Notes: generated by a model not told the origin, from the sequence alone. Positions 33,880 through 43,587 are shown, counted from the stretch's first letter. The stretch is 64,000 nucleotides of DNA from a virus (IMGVR_UViG_3300031344_000001); one strand, 5' to 3'. A program made the numbers and translations.

Positions 33880-34128
33880 ATGGTCCGCAAGGCAAAAAGA
33901 AGCGCCCCCGAAGCCCGAAACAATCAGGGCGGTCGGCCAGAGCTGAGCGCGGACGAGCGGCGCGACACGCTGGTCCGCGTGCTCGTGAACGTGGCCGAGC
34001 ACGGCGACTTGAAGAAGGCCGCGAAGTACGCCAGCGTGCCGCTGTCGACGTGGCTGCGGATGGTTGGCCTGGAGAAGGCCCAGGCGCTCATCGCCGAAAA
34101 AGAGGCAGCACGCCCCCGCGAGAAGTAG
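33880..34128 (+). CDS. Ribbon-helix-helix-like DNA-binding protein
   Basis: GGRP..RDTLVRVLVNVAEHGDLKKAA..VPLSTWLR pattern. Confidence 0.7.
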   Translation: MVRKAKRSAPEARNNQGGRPELSADERRDTLVRVLVNVAEHGDLKKAAKYASVPLSTWLRMVGLEKAQALIAEKEAARPREK

Positions 34129-34242
34129 TGCTAGTGTCGTGATCGTCGTCATCGAAGCAGTCCTTTGCTTTGATGGCCGGCCCTCCGAGTTCCAGCTCGG
34201 TGGGCCAACCTTTGTCGTCGGTGTGGTGGGTTCGTCGTCGGT

Positions 34243-34584
34243 CTACAGCGTCGGGACCTCCTTCCTCACGGCGTAGCGCGCGCCGTCGACGCGCTCGACG
34301 TAGCCGCGCTTCGTCGCGGCGGCGAGCCAGCGCCGAACGGTGTGAGCGTCGCTCTCAAGGCGCCGCGCGATCTCTCGTGCCGGCAGCGGCTCCTTCGTTC
34401 CCTGCATCACCTTGAGCAGTGCCTCCGTGTGCGCGCGGCCGGCGATCTGGGGCGAGCGCGCGAGCGGCCTCGCCCGCTCCGCCTCTTTAATCCGACGCCC
34501 GAGGTCGGCGCGCTCCAGCTCGTGGATGCGGTCGCACTGCTCGAGGAGCTTGCGGAGGAGGTCGAGGTTCGATTGCAGCGACAT
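34243..34584 (-). CDS. Winged-helix DNA-binding protein
   Basis: PLPAREIARRLESDAHTVRRWL..RGYVERVDGARY; GAGG RBS. Confidence 0.7.
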   Translation of the reverse strand: MSLQSNLDLLRKLLEQCDRIHELERADLGRRIKEAERARPLARSPQIAGRAHTEALLKVMQGTKEPLPAREIARRLESDAHTVRRWLAAATKRGYVERVDGARYAVRKEVPTL

Positions 34585-34868
34585 CGTGACCTCCCTCGTG
34601 TAACTCGATCGCGAGGGCGTTCTCGAGGGCGGTTACGAGGGGACAGAATGCATTTACGGTATCGCTTGCTGTCCCTTGCTCGAGCGGGCCTTGAGCGGAC
34701 CGTCGCGAGCTTGAACGCCGCCGTGACTGGTCCAGCACGCCGCCACGGCTGCTCTGCTGAGCCGACAACCGCGGCTCGCATCGCAACCAACGCCGTCGCG
34801 CTTCGGCCGCACGACGCGGCCCGCGACGCGCCGACCCGCCCGTCCTCAGCCCGTTGTTCGACAGTTCT

Positions 34869-35792
34869 TCAGTCGGGATACCGTTTCCGCAGTTGGTCGA
34901 CGAGGGCGTCCGGCTTCGACAGCACGACGATCTTGCGGGGCTTGCCGGCGTCTCTCGCGAGCGCCGCCGCGTGGTTGTCGGTCAGGAACCAGTCGCAGTA
35001 CGGCAGCGTCAGCAGGTGACCGACGTCGGAGGGGTCGTTCTCCTTCGGTGGGCGGTCGAACTGGACGTCGCGTCGCGCTCGAATCTCAACCATCATCGCG
35101 AGCGTCGGCACGTGCGCGAGGCTGTCGCGCAGGATCAGCTTGCGGACCTCGTGCCTCGGAAGATCCTGCTCGCTCGCGGTGCGAGTGACCCAGGCGGTCA
35201 CGAAGCCCCCGTTGACGACGGCGTGGGCCTCGAGCTTCCGCGCCGCCGCGAGCGAGATTCGCACCTCGCTGCGAGCAGCCGCGGCGGCCGTTTCCGCGCC
35301 GAACAGTGCGTTGTTCATCTTGGCGGCGGCGTTCCTGAGTTCCTCGCTCTCCCGCCCCATCGCGACACTCGCCGCGAAGCCTTTGGCACGCCCGAGCGCA
35401 GCTGCGAGCGCGCGCGTGCGCGGCAAGATCACGTCCCGCGGGAAGCAGTCGAGGCCGTCGCCGAGCGGCGCCACCGCAGGCGCGCGCCCGCCGATGATCG
35501 AGGCGTCTACGGCGACGGCCATCTCGTCCAGCACCAGGTCGTAGGCCCACTTGAAACAGCGCCCGCCGGAGAGCGTCTCCACGATGCGAACGATCTCATC
35601 GCGCTCGTCGTCGGCATCGTAGGCGGCCGTCTCCACGATCTGCCAGAGTGAGTACGGGCAGGTGACACTTCCCACGGCTGCGAGCCTCTCGAGCAGTCCG
35701 AGCAGTTCCATCTCGGGAAGCTGAGTCGCCTTCCTGAGTCGCGCCTTCGCCATCCTGCTGAGGTGGCATTGATCGAGGTAGACGATGTCCAC
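34869..35792 (-). CDS. PIN-like domain protein
   Basis: IVYLDQ at the N-terminus; END.SDVGHL..LPYCDWFLTD acidic motifs. Confidence 0.6.
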   Translation of the reverse strand: MDIVYLDQCHLSRMAKARLRKATQLPEMELLGLLERLAAVGSVTCPYSLWQIVETAAYDADDERDEIVRIVETLSGGRCFKWAYDLVLDEMAVAVDASIIGGRAPAVAPLGDGLDCFPRDVILPRTRALAAALGRAKGFAASVAMGRESEELRNAAAKMNNALFGAETAAAAARSEVRISLAAARKLEAHAVVNGGFVTAWVTRTASEQDLPRHEVRKLILRDSLAHVPTLAMMVEIRARRDVQFDRPPKENDPSDVGHLLTLPYCDWFLTDNHAAALARDAGKPRKIVVLSKPDALVDQLRKRYPD

Positions 35793-36158
35793 GCGGTCAC
35801 GTGATCATACGCGCCACGCGGACGCGCGTGCTGGACTTCGCGATCGGTCACAAGGGCACTTGCTGGATGGTTGGGCGGTGTGGTCAGCGGCGTCGGCTGC
35901 TCGCGACTTTCGGCGTGACGCGCGAGGCTGCCGCGCGCGCGGCGGCGTCCGCGACGGCGTCGCTGTCGCAGCGTAGTTGAGCTGCGACGGTCGCGCGCGT
36001 CGTCGTATCTGTACGTGCCGTCGTCGAGCACGCTAGGCACGTCGTCGTCGCTCTCGTCGAGCGCTCACTAGGGTCCGGCTGCCGCGGCGATGTCGTGCCG
36101 GTTCGCTCGAAGCGGTCCAACTCGTGTGGGCGGCACGCGAGGTGCTCTCTCCAGCGGC

Positions 36159-36506
36159 ATGTGGATCCTGATCATCGACGACAACGAGGTGTTGAGCGCA
36201 TCGACAGGGGCGACCGCTTCGAGCTCGTCCTGTGCGACTTGGCGATGCCCGAGGTACTGAACGCTCCGCGCCAGGTTGGGTGCGGACGCGCCGATGCTCG
36301 TGCTGATGACCGGCTCCGAAGACGATCCATCCGCTGCGGCTGACGAGGTGCTGCGCAAACCGTTTCGATCTTCAGAATTGGACGAGATCCTCGTCGCGGC
36401 GACCAAACACAAGGCGCACCGCGATCGCGCGACCACGCGGCCACTTCCGACGACCGCGCGTTGGACGAGTTTCCAGCCCGATGATCCCGTCACGAAGGTG
36501 CGTTGA
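36159..36506 (+). pseudogene. Fragmented response-regulator receiver domain
   Basis: Three frames: MWILIIDDNE / FELVLCDLAMPEV / LVLMTG..ADEVLRKPF..ELDEIL. Confidence 0.7.
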
Positions 36507-36578
36507 CGTGTGACGGAGGCGCGATGGCACGCGCTGCGATCACTTCCTCGTCGCGGCTCGCACGCGCCGCAGGCTGGA

Positions 36579-36959
36579 TCAGCGCGACCGCTTGCTCTTC
36601 GCGCGTCGCGGCGTCTCGACGGCCCGGAGCCGCGTCGCGAGGTACGTCAGCGTTTGGACGTCTGCCTGGGAGAGACCGCGCACGCGCTCGCCGAGCTCGC
36701 GCGTGGTGGCATCCCAGACTTTCTCGTCAGTGGTGAGTCGATCTTCGGTGAGGAGCCGCCACAGCGGCACGTCGACCGCGGCGGCGATGCGGCGCAGCAC
36801 GTCGACGGTCGGTCTTCGGTTACCGATCTCGATGTGCGCGACGTACGACGCACCGACCTGGGCGCGCTCGCCGAGGCGCTCCTGGCTCAGGCCGACCGCG
36901 CGGCGCAGCACGGCGACACGCTTCCCGAGCTGGCGGTAGAAGTTGTCGTGAGCAATCAC
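36579..36959 (-). CDS. XRE-family HTH regulator
   Basis: LGKRVAVLRRAVGLSQERLGERAQVGASYVAHIEIGNRRPTVDVL. Confidence 0.88.
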   Translation of the reverse strand: MIAHDNFYRQLGKRVAVLRRAVGLSQERLGERAQVGASYVAHIEIGNRRPTVDVLRRIAAAVDVPLWRLLTEDRLTTDEKVWDATTRELGERVRGLSQADVQTLTYLATRLRAVETPRRAKSKRSR

Positions 36960-36960
36960 C

Positions 36961-38724
36961 GTGGCGCGAATCTGCAAGGAGTACGGCTGTGGGGCCATGC
37001 TCCAGGAGGAAGCGTCTTGCACTCACAGCGAGTGCGCGGCTACGCTCACCCGCGTGGGCACGACGGGCGGCCAGGCGCGAGCGAGCGACAGCGGCGTCCG
37101 CGCGGTCTGCGCGCGGTGCGGGATGACGCGGTCGCTGGGAGCGGCGGCGTGCGCGTCGTGCAGCGCCGACCTCGGAGGCGCGACGGTCGTCGACGACGTC
37201 CACGCGCAACAGACGATGCTGCTGGACGTGCGCCGCGCGCACGCGCCGCGCGCGCAGCCCGACACGGTGGCGGACGCCGAGGCGTACCCGAGCGAGCCGC
37301 CGCCCTTCGCCGAGCGCGTCGACGACGCGGGCACGGACCCGACCCACCGCCCCGAGCTCGACGTGCTCGGCACACCGCCAGGGCCGAGGTCGAGCGACCC
37401 GCCGACGAAGATCGTGCGCCGCGCGATGTCGCACATCGAGCTGCCGGCCGGCTCGATGATCGACGACGTGTACGAGGTCGAGCACCGCCTCGGGGCCGGC
37501 GCGATGGGGGAGGTCTACGCGGCCAGGCACGTCCGGCTCGACAAGCGCGTCGCGGTCAAGGTGATCGCCGCGCACCTCTCCGAGGACAGCGCGGCGATCG
37601 AGCGCTTCGCCATGGAGGCCCGGACGCTCGCGCAGGTCCGGCACCCCGCGATCGTGGCCGTGGAGCACGTCGGCGAGTTGGCAGACGGCCGCGCGTATTT
37701 CGTCATGGAGCGGCTCGAGGGCGAGTCGCTCTACGACCGGCTCGAGCGCGGGCGGCTCAGCAGGGATGAGGCGCTCGACGTCCTCACGCAGGTCGCGCGG
37801 GCGCTGGAGGCGGCCCACGCGCGAGGCGTCGTCCATCGAGACCTCAAGCCCGAGAACGTGTTCCTCGCGCGCGTCCCCAACGACGCACGCGCGATCGCGA
37901 AGCTGCTCGACTTCGGTCTCGCGCGGTTGACCGAGGGCGACCGACGCATCGAGCGCACGCAGAGCGGCGTCGTACTCGGGACAGCGCGGTACCTCTCACC
38001 CGAGCAGGCACGCGGGCCCGACGTCGACTACCGCACCGACATCTACGCGCTCGGCTGCGTCGCCTACGAGCTGATCCTCGGCACCCCGCCGTTCCCGCAC
38101 GCGCGCACGGTCACGGCGTTGATCGCCGCGCACCTCCACGACGCGCCGCTGCCGCCGCGGTCGATCGACCCGGACGTCCCGCCCGCGCTCGACGTGCTGT
38201 TGGTCGCGATGCTCGCGAAGAATCCGGCGCACCGCCCGACGCTGCCGCAGGTCCGAGCCGTGGTCGAGGGCGCGCGGGCGCCGTCCGTCGCACGCCCCGA
38301 GACCGCACCGCGCACGCCGCGCGGCATCGACCGGAGGACCATCGCGGTCGCCGCGATTGCGTTGATCGTCGGCGTCGCGATCGGGGGCGCCGCGATCGGG
38401 TCGCGGTCGCGACGCGATGGCGTCGCGCCGGGCGTGGCCCCGCGCGACGCCGCGACGTCCGCGACGCCCGTCGTCGCGAGTGACGCGCGGTCGGTCGCCT
38501 CCGAGGTCGACGCGTCGCCGGTCACCGTCGGAGCCGGTGCCCAGGCACGAGACGCCGCCGATCCGCCGCCATTGCCGGCGCCCGCACCGGTCCGAGCGGC
38601 GGCAACGCTCAACGATCGCGATCCGCACCGCGGGCGACCGGCTCCCATCGAACCAGCGCAGACCATGAACCCGTTCGCGAAGAAGACGGCACCGCAACCC
38701 CAGCCCACAACGAGCCCACGATGA
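36961..38724 (+). CDS. Hanks-type Ser/Thr kinase with N-terminal zinc ribbon and C-terminal TM segment
   Basis: LGAGAMGEVY, VAVK, HRDLKPEN, DFG, GTARYLSPE and DIYALG; start may be 36997. Confidence 0.92.
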   Translation: MARICKEYGCGAMLQEEASCTHSECAATLTRVGTTGGQARASDSGVRAVCARCGMTRSLGAAACASCSADLGGATVVDDVHAQQTMLLDVRRAHAPRAQPDTVADAEAYPSEPPPFAERVDDAGTDPTHRPELDVLGTPPGPRSSDPPTKIVRRAMSHIELPAGSMIDDVYEVEHRLGAGAMGEVYAARHVRLDKRVAVKVIAAHLSEDSAAIERFAMEARTLAQVRHPAIVAVEHVGELADGRAYFVMERLEGESLYDRLERGRLSRDEALDVLTQVARALEAAHARGVVHRDLKPENVFLARVPNDARAIAKLLDFGLARLTEGDRRIERTQSGVVLGTARYLSPEQARGPDVDYRTDIYALGCVAYELILGTPPFPHARTVTALIAAHLHDAPLPPRSIDPDVPPALDVLLVAMLAKNPAHRPTLPQVRAVVEGARAPSVARPETAPRTPRGIDRRTIAVAAIALIVGVAIGGAAIGSRSRRDGVAPGVAPRDAATSATPVVASDARSVASEVDASPVTVGAGAQARDAADPPPLPAPAPVRAAATLNDRDPHRGRPAPIEPAQTMNPFAKKTAPQPQPTTSPR

Positions 38725-38963
38725 GCAGGACGCACACCCGCACCAAGTCGCCGCAGCCCCCGACGCCCGCGCAGGTCAAGAAGCTCCGAGCGAGGCTCGA
38801 TCGAGAAGTCGAGAAGTTCATCGCGCACGCGAAGAGGCTCGCGGACCGTGTCGATGAAGCTCGCGCAACGGTTCCGAGGCACACGCTACTGATCTCGAAT
38901 CGCGTCGTGCTCAAGGCGAACCGCGCGGTCGGTGACTTGGAGCAGCTTGGTGTGACCGTGTGA
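38721..38963 (+). CDS. Hypothetical protein
   Basis: ATGA overlap. Confidence 0.55.
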   Translation: MSRTHTRTKSPQPPTPAQVKKLRARLDREVEKFIAHAKRLADRVDEARATVPRHTLLISNRVVLKANRAVGDLEQLGVTV

Positions 38964-39289
38964 ACGTTCGCGGTCGACGCCCAGCGGACGCACTCGTTGC
39001 ACTCGGTAAGCGCGTGCGCGAGTTACGGCTCGTCCGTCAGCTCACGCAGGATGAACTCGCCGAGCGCGCGGGCGTGAGCACGCAGACTGTCCGGCGGCTG
39101 GAGATCGCGCGGCCGACGCGGCTGGAGACTGCATTCCGGATCGCGTACGCGCTGCACGCTGACCTCGCGTTCGACAAGCTGTTCGAGCCGCCACCCTACA
39201 AGTCGCTCGACGAGGCCATCGCGCTCGACAAGGCGACCAGCTCGACGCGCGAGCGCGCACGTCGTCGCGCAGCAAATGGAGGCACCTAA
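38960..39289 (+). CDS. XRE/HipB-like HTH regulator
   Basis: LGKRVRELRL..LTQDELAERAGVSTQTVRRLE..RERARR. Confidence 0.82.
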   Translation: MNVRGRRPADALVALGKRVRELRLVRQLTQDELAERAGVSTQTVRRLEIARPTRLETAFRIAYALHADLAFDKLFEPPPYKSLDEAIALDKATSSTRERARRRAANGGT

Positions 39290-39294
39290 CTCGC

Positions 39295-39636
39295 GTGATC
39301 GCACCTGATCACTCCGTGCTATCGCATCCTGCGATGCTGCTAGGCGACGAAGACGCGAGGCCGAAGGCGCGCCGCAGTCGACGCAAACGACGCGGCGTCG
39401 TTCGCCCCGACCTCACCAAGTGGGACCCGAGCGCGACCCAGGCGGAGCTCGCCTCGCTGCGCGCGTTGAACGACATGGCGGCCGACGATCTCATCGACCA
39501 GATCTGGCGCTTCTGCGACCGGCTCGACTTCGCGCGAGCACGCTCGAAGCGGTACAAGAAGCTCGTGTCGTCGGACCTCCGCCTCGCGATGGGCCGGGCG
39601 ATCGAGGCGCTGGTGCTCCGCGGGTCTTGGGGCTGA
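39295..39636 (+). CDS. Hypothetical protein
   Basis: Follows the XRE gene; start may be 39334. Confidence 0.5.
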   Translation: MIAPDHSVLSHPAMLLGDEDARPKARRSRRKRRGVVRPDLTKWDPSATQAELASLRALNDMAADDLIDQIWRFCDRLDFARARSKRYKKLVSSDLRLAMGRAIEALVLRGSWG

Positions 39637-39649
39637 CCTGCTCAGTGCG

Positions 39650-39949
39650 CTAGCTTGTTTGGTCGTCCGCGTCTCGATCACCGGCAACGGCCATCTGTTG
39701 GCGACGAAGCTCGAACTCGTGGGCGTTGCTGAGGCCGCTGATCGTCGTGCCGCACGAACAGATCAGTCTGAACCAATGCTGTGGATCTTGACCTGTTGGA
39801 TCCACGACCTCTGTGCGCACGTCCGTGAGGGCATGGCCGCGATGCGACGCGTCCGGCAGCCATTCGCCCGGCAGTGCGGGGAAGAGATCGCCAGCGCGAA
39901 GCAGAAGCCAGTCGTGCGGGACGACGCGGAGCGGAATCGGGTGCTGCAT
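39650..39949 (-). CDS. Hypothetical protein
   Basis: WFRLICSCG motif. Confidence 0.4.
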   Translation of the reverse strand: MQHPIPLRVVPHDWLLLRAGDLFPALPGEWLPDASHRGHALTDVRTEVVDPTGQDPQHWFRLICSCGTTISGLSNAHEFELRRQQMAVAGDRDADDQTS

Positions 39950-40358
39950 AGATCCACCCTAAAGAATCGAATCGTCCCACGTCCACTTGGCGAAGCCGGG
40001 CAAGAGATCTCTCGGCTCAACTTCCGGGCCGCTCGCGGTATTGGCGATCAGCTCGGCGAATCTGTGATTCGCAAGCTCGTTGCCGTTGCAGTGGGCGAAG
40101 TCACGCACGCTTCGACGAAGGCGCCGGGCAAGCGTCGGGGTAGCGATACTTGCGGCTGCGCGAAACGATGGTCACGGTGCTTGGGCTCGGGCGTCGTCGT
40201 CGTGGCGCGTTGCATGCTTCGGGGAGATCCATCTTCAACCGGCGCTTCGTCCAGTTCTTCAGGTGACGTCACGGGTTACGGGTTCTGTCGTTTGGACCCT
40301 CGTCGACAGAAGCCACCACCGAACCCATCGTCCTGGTGCCCTGAAGGAGGGGCACCGC

Positions 40359-40535
40359 ATGGCAGGTACCAAGAGCAACGAGAAGTCCGAGAAGTCCGGT
40401 GACGACAACCGCTCGCGCCAGCTCAACCCCGAGAACGACGCCTACTGGCGCTCCCGCGGCGAGCCGGGCCGCCCGGAGGGTGACGGCGGAGGCACTACGC
40501 CGGCTGAAGGCGGAGGAGACCAGAAGCCCGGCTGA
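40359..40535 (+). CDS. Small hydrophilic protein with DNRSRQLNPENDAYWRSRG motif
   Basis: AAGGAGG RBS; motif resembles a recurrent small-protein family. Confidence 0.7.
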   Translation: MAGTKSNEKSEKSGDDNRSRQLNPENDAYWRSRGEPGRPEGDGGGTTPAEGGGDQKPG

Positions 40536-40631
40536 GCGCGGGCGCCGCACGCCGGCCCCGGCGGAAGCATTCGTCCGGGGCCGGCGTCTTCTTATCTTCT
40601 GACGTTCGATTCGAGCGAGGGGAGCACGAGC

Positions 40632-42395
40632 GTGGCGAGAAAACGGAAACCGAAGGGACCGAGCCGGGTGGCCGAGTCCCTACCGAACGCGGCCGAGCTG
40701 CTCGGCCGCGTCGTGAGCCGACTCGGGCTCCCCGACGCGCGGGACGCCGACGTCCTCCGCGAGCGAAACCACCAACGCTTCCTCGCGGGAGAGACCAAGT
40801 CGCCGAAGGTCGTCGACGCGGTGCTGTCGGCGCTCGCCTCGGTGCTCGTGAATCACGGGTACCTCGAGACCGCCTACTGGCCGACCGACCTCGGGTTCCC
40901 AACGCCGGAGATGCTCGTCCATCTCGCGCTCCGAGACCTCCGCGCGCGTTGGGACCTCGCGTGCGTCCGCGTGCGAGGCGGCGCTCTCCGAGGCGCCTCG
41001 CTCGGCCCAATCATGCGGACCGCCGCGCAACTCGTCGTGATCGACCTCGCCGTACGCGGCGGCGCCTGGCTCGTGCTCAGCGATCAGCCCGGTCGTGACG
41101 CGCCTGGCATTCCGACGACTGAAGCCGTGATGGAGTTTGTCGTCAAGAAAAGCGGTCGCACGGCGCCGGACCTCGCGAGGAAGCTCGGCGTCGAGCGGAC
41201 CGCCGTAGACGACTGGCGGAAAGGATCGCGCCCGAGCGAGGCGAACATTGAGCTCGTCTCGAAGCTACTCGCCGAGGGAGAGCCGGAGTGGGCGCAGCGC
41301 GGCTGGTGGCACCTCCTACGCCGGAACCTGGCGGTCGCCGAGATCCTAAAGGACCTCGACGCGACGAAGTGGTTCGTGGGCAGGTCAGCCGAACTCTGGC
41401 CGGCGTTCTGGGTGATCGCGAGCGGCGTTGCGTGGCGACTTCGTTCGCAGGAGGACGAGGTTGACGACGACACTTGGTCGCGCTCCCTTACAGGGCTCGT
41501 GATGCGAGGCTCGGAGCATCCCCTCTCGACGCGGTTGCTCAACGACCTCCGAGCAGGAGCGCCGGACGCGTGGCAGTCGGACCTCGTTGCGGGGCCGAAC
41601 TGGACCGACCGGCTCTGGTTGGCCGCCGGGATCGGACAGTCGGTCGCCAACGTGAAGCTGCCCGATGGTCTGCCAGAAGAACTCCGTGAGCTCGCGAGCG
41701 ACCCGTCGTTCCGCGAGATGGTGGCGACGCACATCCTCGGTGCGCCGACGGCGGAGCTGGCGCCGCCCGGCAAGTACGACGGGTGGGAGTGCATCCGGAT
41801 CAAGGAGCCGCCGCCGATCGCGGCGGAGAACCGGCGGATGCAGGCAGGGGTGGCGGCGTCACACGGCCGGTTCGACGTCGCGGTCGCGCACCTTCGGCGC
41901 GCCGTCGAGCTGGTGCCGGCGCATGACACCGCGCACCTCGAGCTTGGCGCAGCGCTATGGCAGGCCGGCGACGTCGAAGGCGGGATCGCCGAGTGCTGGA
42001 TCGCCGTCGGTCTGAAGCCCGACTGGGAGCTGCCGAAGGTCGAGATCGGCATCGCCCTCATCCACGCGAGGAGGTACGCCGAGGCGAGGGAGCACCTCGA
42101 CGCCGTGCACTCCGCGTCGACGTCGCCGAGCACGCACCTCAAGTTCAACGTCGCAACAGCGCGGTGGCGCTGCGGTGCCTTCGCCGACGCGTTGACGCTC
42201 CTTGAGGAGGTGCTGTCCGACGAGGGCTACGCCTCGTACCCCAACGCCCTCGACCAGGCGGCCCATTGCTCCTTCATGGTCGGCGACGACGTGCGCGGAC
42301 GTGCGCTCGCCAAGCAGGCCCGAGACCTCGGCCGTGACGAGACGTACCGTCGATGGGCTGCCGGCGGTTACCGCAAGGCTAACAAGGACGGCTGA
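40632..42395 (+). CDS. HTH + TPR domain protein
   Basis: DLARKLGVERTAVDDWRKGSRPS HTH; C-terminal TPR-like helices. Confidence 0.75.
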   Translation: MARKRKPKGPSRVAESLPNAAELLGRVVSRLGLPDARDADVLRERNHQRFLAGETKSPKVVDAVLSALASVLVNHGYLETAYWPTDLGFPTPEMLVHLALRDLRARWDLACVRVRGGALRGASLGPIMRTAAQLVVIDLAVRGGAWLVLSDQPGRDAPGIPTTEAVMEFVVKKSGRTAPDLARKLGVERTAVDDWRKGSRPSEANIELVSKLLAEGEPEWAQRGWWHLLRRNLAVAEILKDLDATKWFVGRSAELWPAFWVIASGVAWRLRSQEDEVDDDTWSRSLTGLVMRGSEHPLSTRLLNDLRAGAPDAWQSDLVAGPNWTDRLWLAAGIGQSVANVKLPDGLPEELRELASDPSFREMVATHILGAPTAELAPPGKYDGWECIRIKEPPPIAAENRRMQAGVAASHGRFDVAVAHLRRAVELVPAHDTAHLELGAALWQAGDVEGGIAECWIAVGLKPDWELPKVEIGIALIHARRYAEAREHLDAVHSASTSPSTHLKFNVATARWRCGAFADALTLLEEVLSDEGYASYPNALDQAAHCSFMVGDDVRGRALAKQARDLGRDETYRRWAAGGYRKANKDG

Positions 42396-42492
42396 GCCGA
42401 TGGTGCTCATCGTGGGGCTCGTGCGCGTCGCGCGCCGCGCGCGCCGAACAGCGACGGGATCGACGCCTTTGGTCGCGTGCTAACTTGCGCCG

Positions 42493-43194
42493 ATGACACG
42501 CTGGGATGAGACGTGGCATCGCCTGCGCGAGTGGACGAACGGCCAAGCTGCGTCTGAGCGGTTGGCCGCTCAAGTCCTGACGCACGAGGGGTACGTCGAA
42601 CTAGATCCAAGCCACCCGCTCGGCGGCAAGGACGGTGGCAAGGACGCGCTGTGCCAGAAGGGTGGTCTACGGTGGCTGATGGCAGTCTACTTTCCGCGCG
42701 GCCAGCAGCCCATCGCCGAAATCAAGAAGAAGCTGCTGCACGATGCGAAGGGGCTCTCGGCGAACAACGCCCAGGGCTTCGCGTTCGTCACGAACCAGGA
42801 GGTAGCGCTCGCGGAGAGGGACGCGCTGAAGGCGCTGCTGCCCAGGATCGTCGTCGAAATCTATCACCTGGAACGCATCAGCGCGGTACTCGACGCGCCG
42901 GCAATGCGGCTGGTGAGGAAGCAGTTCCTCGACATCGACCATCATCGGACTGTGCCGGAGGTACTGGACGCGCTCACAGCGCCTGAGCGCAGCGAGCCCG
43001 AGGTGCGTGAAGCCATCGCCGGCCTTGAGGCCCGTCGAGCTGAACTCCTCAGTCGCGGGATGAAGCCCGGTGACAGTCGCTGCTTCAAGTGCGGCTCGAA
43101 GAAGGTCATCCATCGGAGCCAGAGCAGCGGGCGTCTGACACTTGAGACGTGGACGTGCGGCGAGTGCGGAGAGCATCTCGGTGACTGCATCTAG
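42493..43194 (+). CDS. Restriction-endonuclease-like (Mrr-cat type) protein with C-terminal zinc ribbon
   Basis: SERLA..LGGKDGGKD..FAFVTNQ; CFKCGS and CGECGE. Confidence 0.6.
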   Translation: MTRWDETWHRLREWTNGQAASERLAAQVLTHEGYVELDPSHPLGGKDGGKDALCQKGGLRWLMAVYFPRGQQPIAEIKKKLLHDAKGLSANNAQGFAFVTNQEVALAERDALKALLPRIVVEIYHLERISAVLDAPAMRLVRKQFLDIDHHRTVPEVLDALTAPERSEPEVREAIAGLEARRAELLSRGMKPGDSRCFKCGSKKVIHRSQSSGRLTLETWTCGECGEHLGDCI

Positions 43195-43226
43195 GTGACC
43201 GCGAACGGCGACGAGCGGCTTGGCGG

Positions 43227-43375
43227 TCAGCGCCGGCCGTCGTGATCGACGGGGCCCTCCGCACCAGGCACGTAGAGCGTGGCGCCCTTGTCCCGCTCCT
43301 TCAGGACGTGCTCGCAGGAGAGGAGGAGCGGCTCGCCTCGACGGCCAACCGATCCAAGAACTCGCGATCCATGAG
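43227..43375 (-). pseudogene. Possible trypsin-like protease remnant
   Basis: LLLSCEHVLKERDKGATLYV resembles FLLSAAHVMSVAAEPGVTLYV of the 46980 protein. Confidence 0.3.
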
Positions 43376-43563
43376 CGCTACGCGTTCGGGCATCGCAGGA
43401 GGCAACGCGCGTCGGGCGTACCCACATTGCGGAAGGTGTCCATAGGACAATAAGTGCATCCGAAAATTGCGCAGAGGATGCGGGGGGCCGCAATTCAAAT
43501 TCGACGAATTGAGCCGCCGCCCCGATTAGTTTTTGCTTAACGAAATCTTTTTGGTCGATTTTT

Positions 43564-43587
43564 GACCGCCAAAAACGACCGCCAAAA
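43564..43587. repeat. GACCGCCAAAA direct repeat x2 (13-bp period)
   Basis: Direct reading in an AT-richer intergenic region. Confidence 0.7.

Noticed and set aside
31366-34136. CTAGTG at both sides of the transposase cassette as a target-site duplication
   Set aside because: The enclosed ends show no inverted repeat, and the left CTAG is also a TAG stop context; too weak to define an IS
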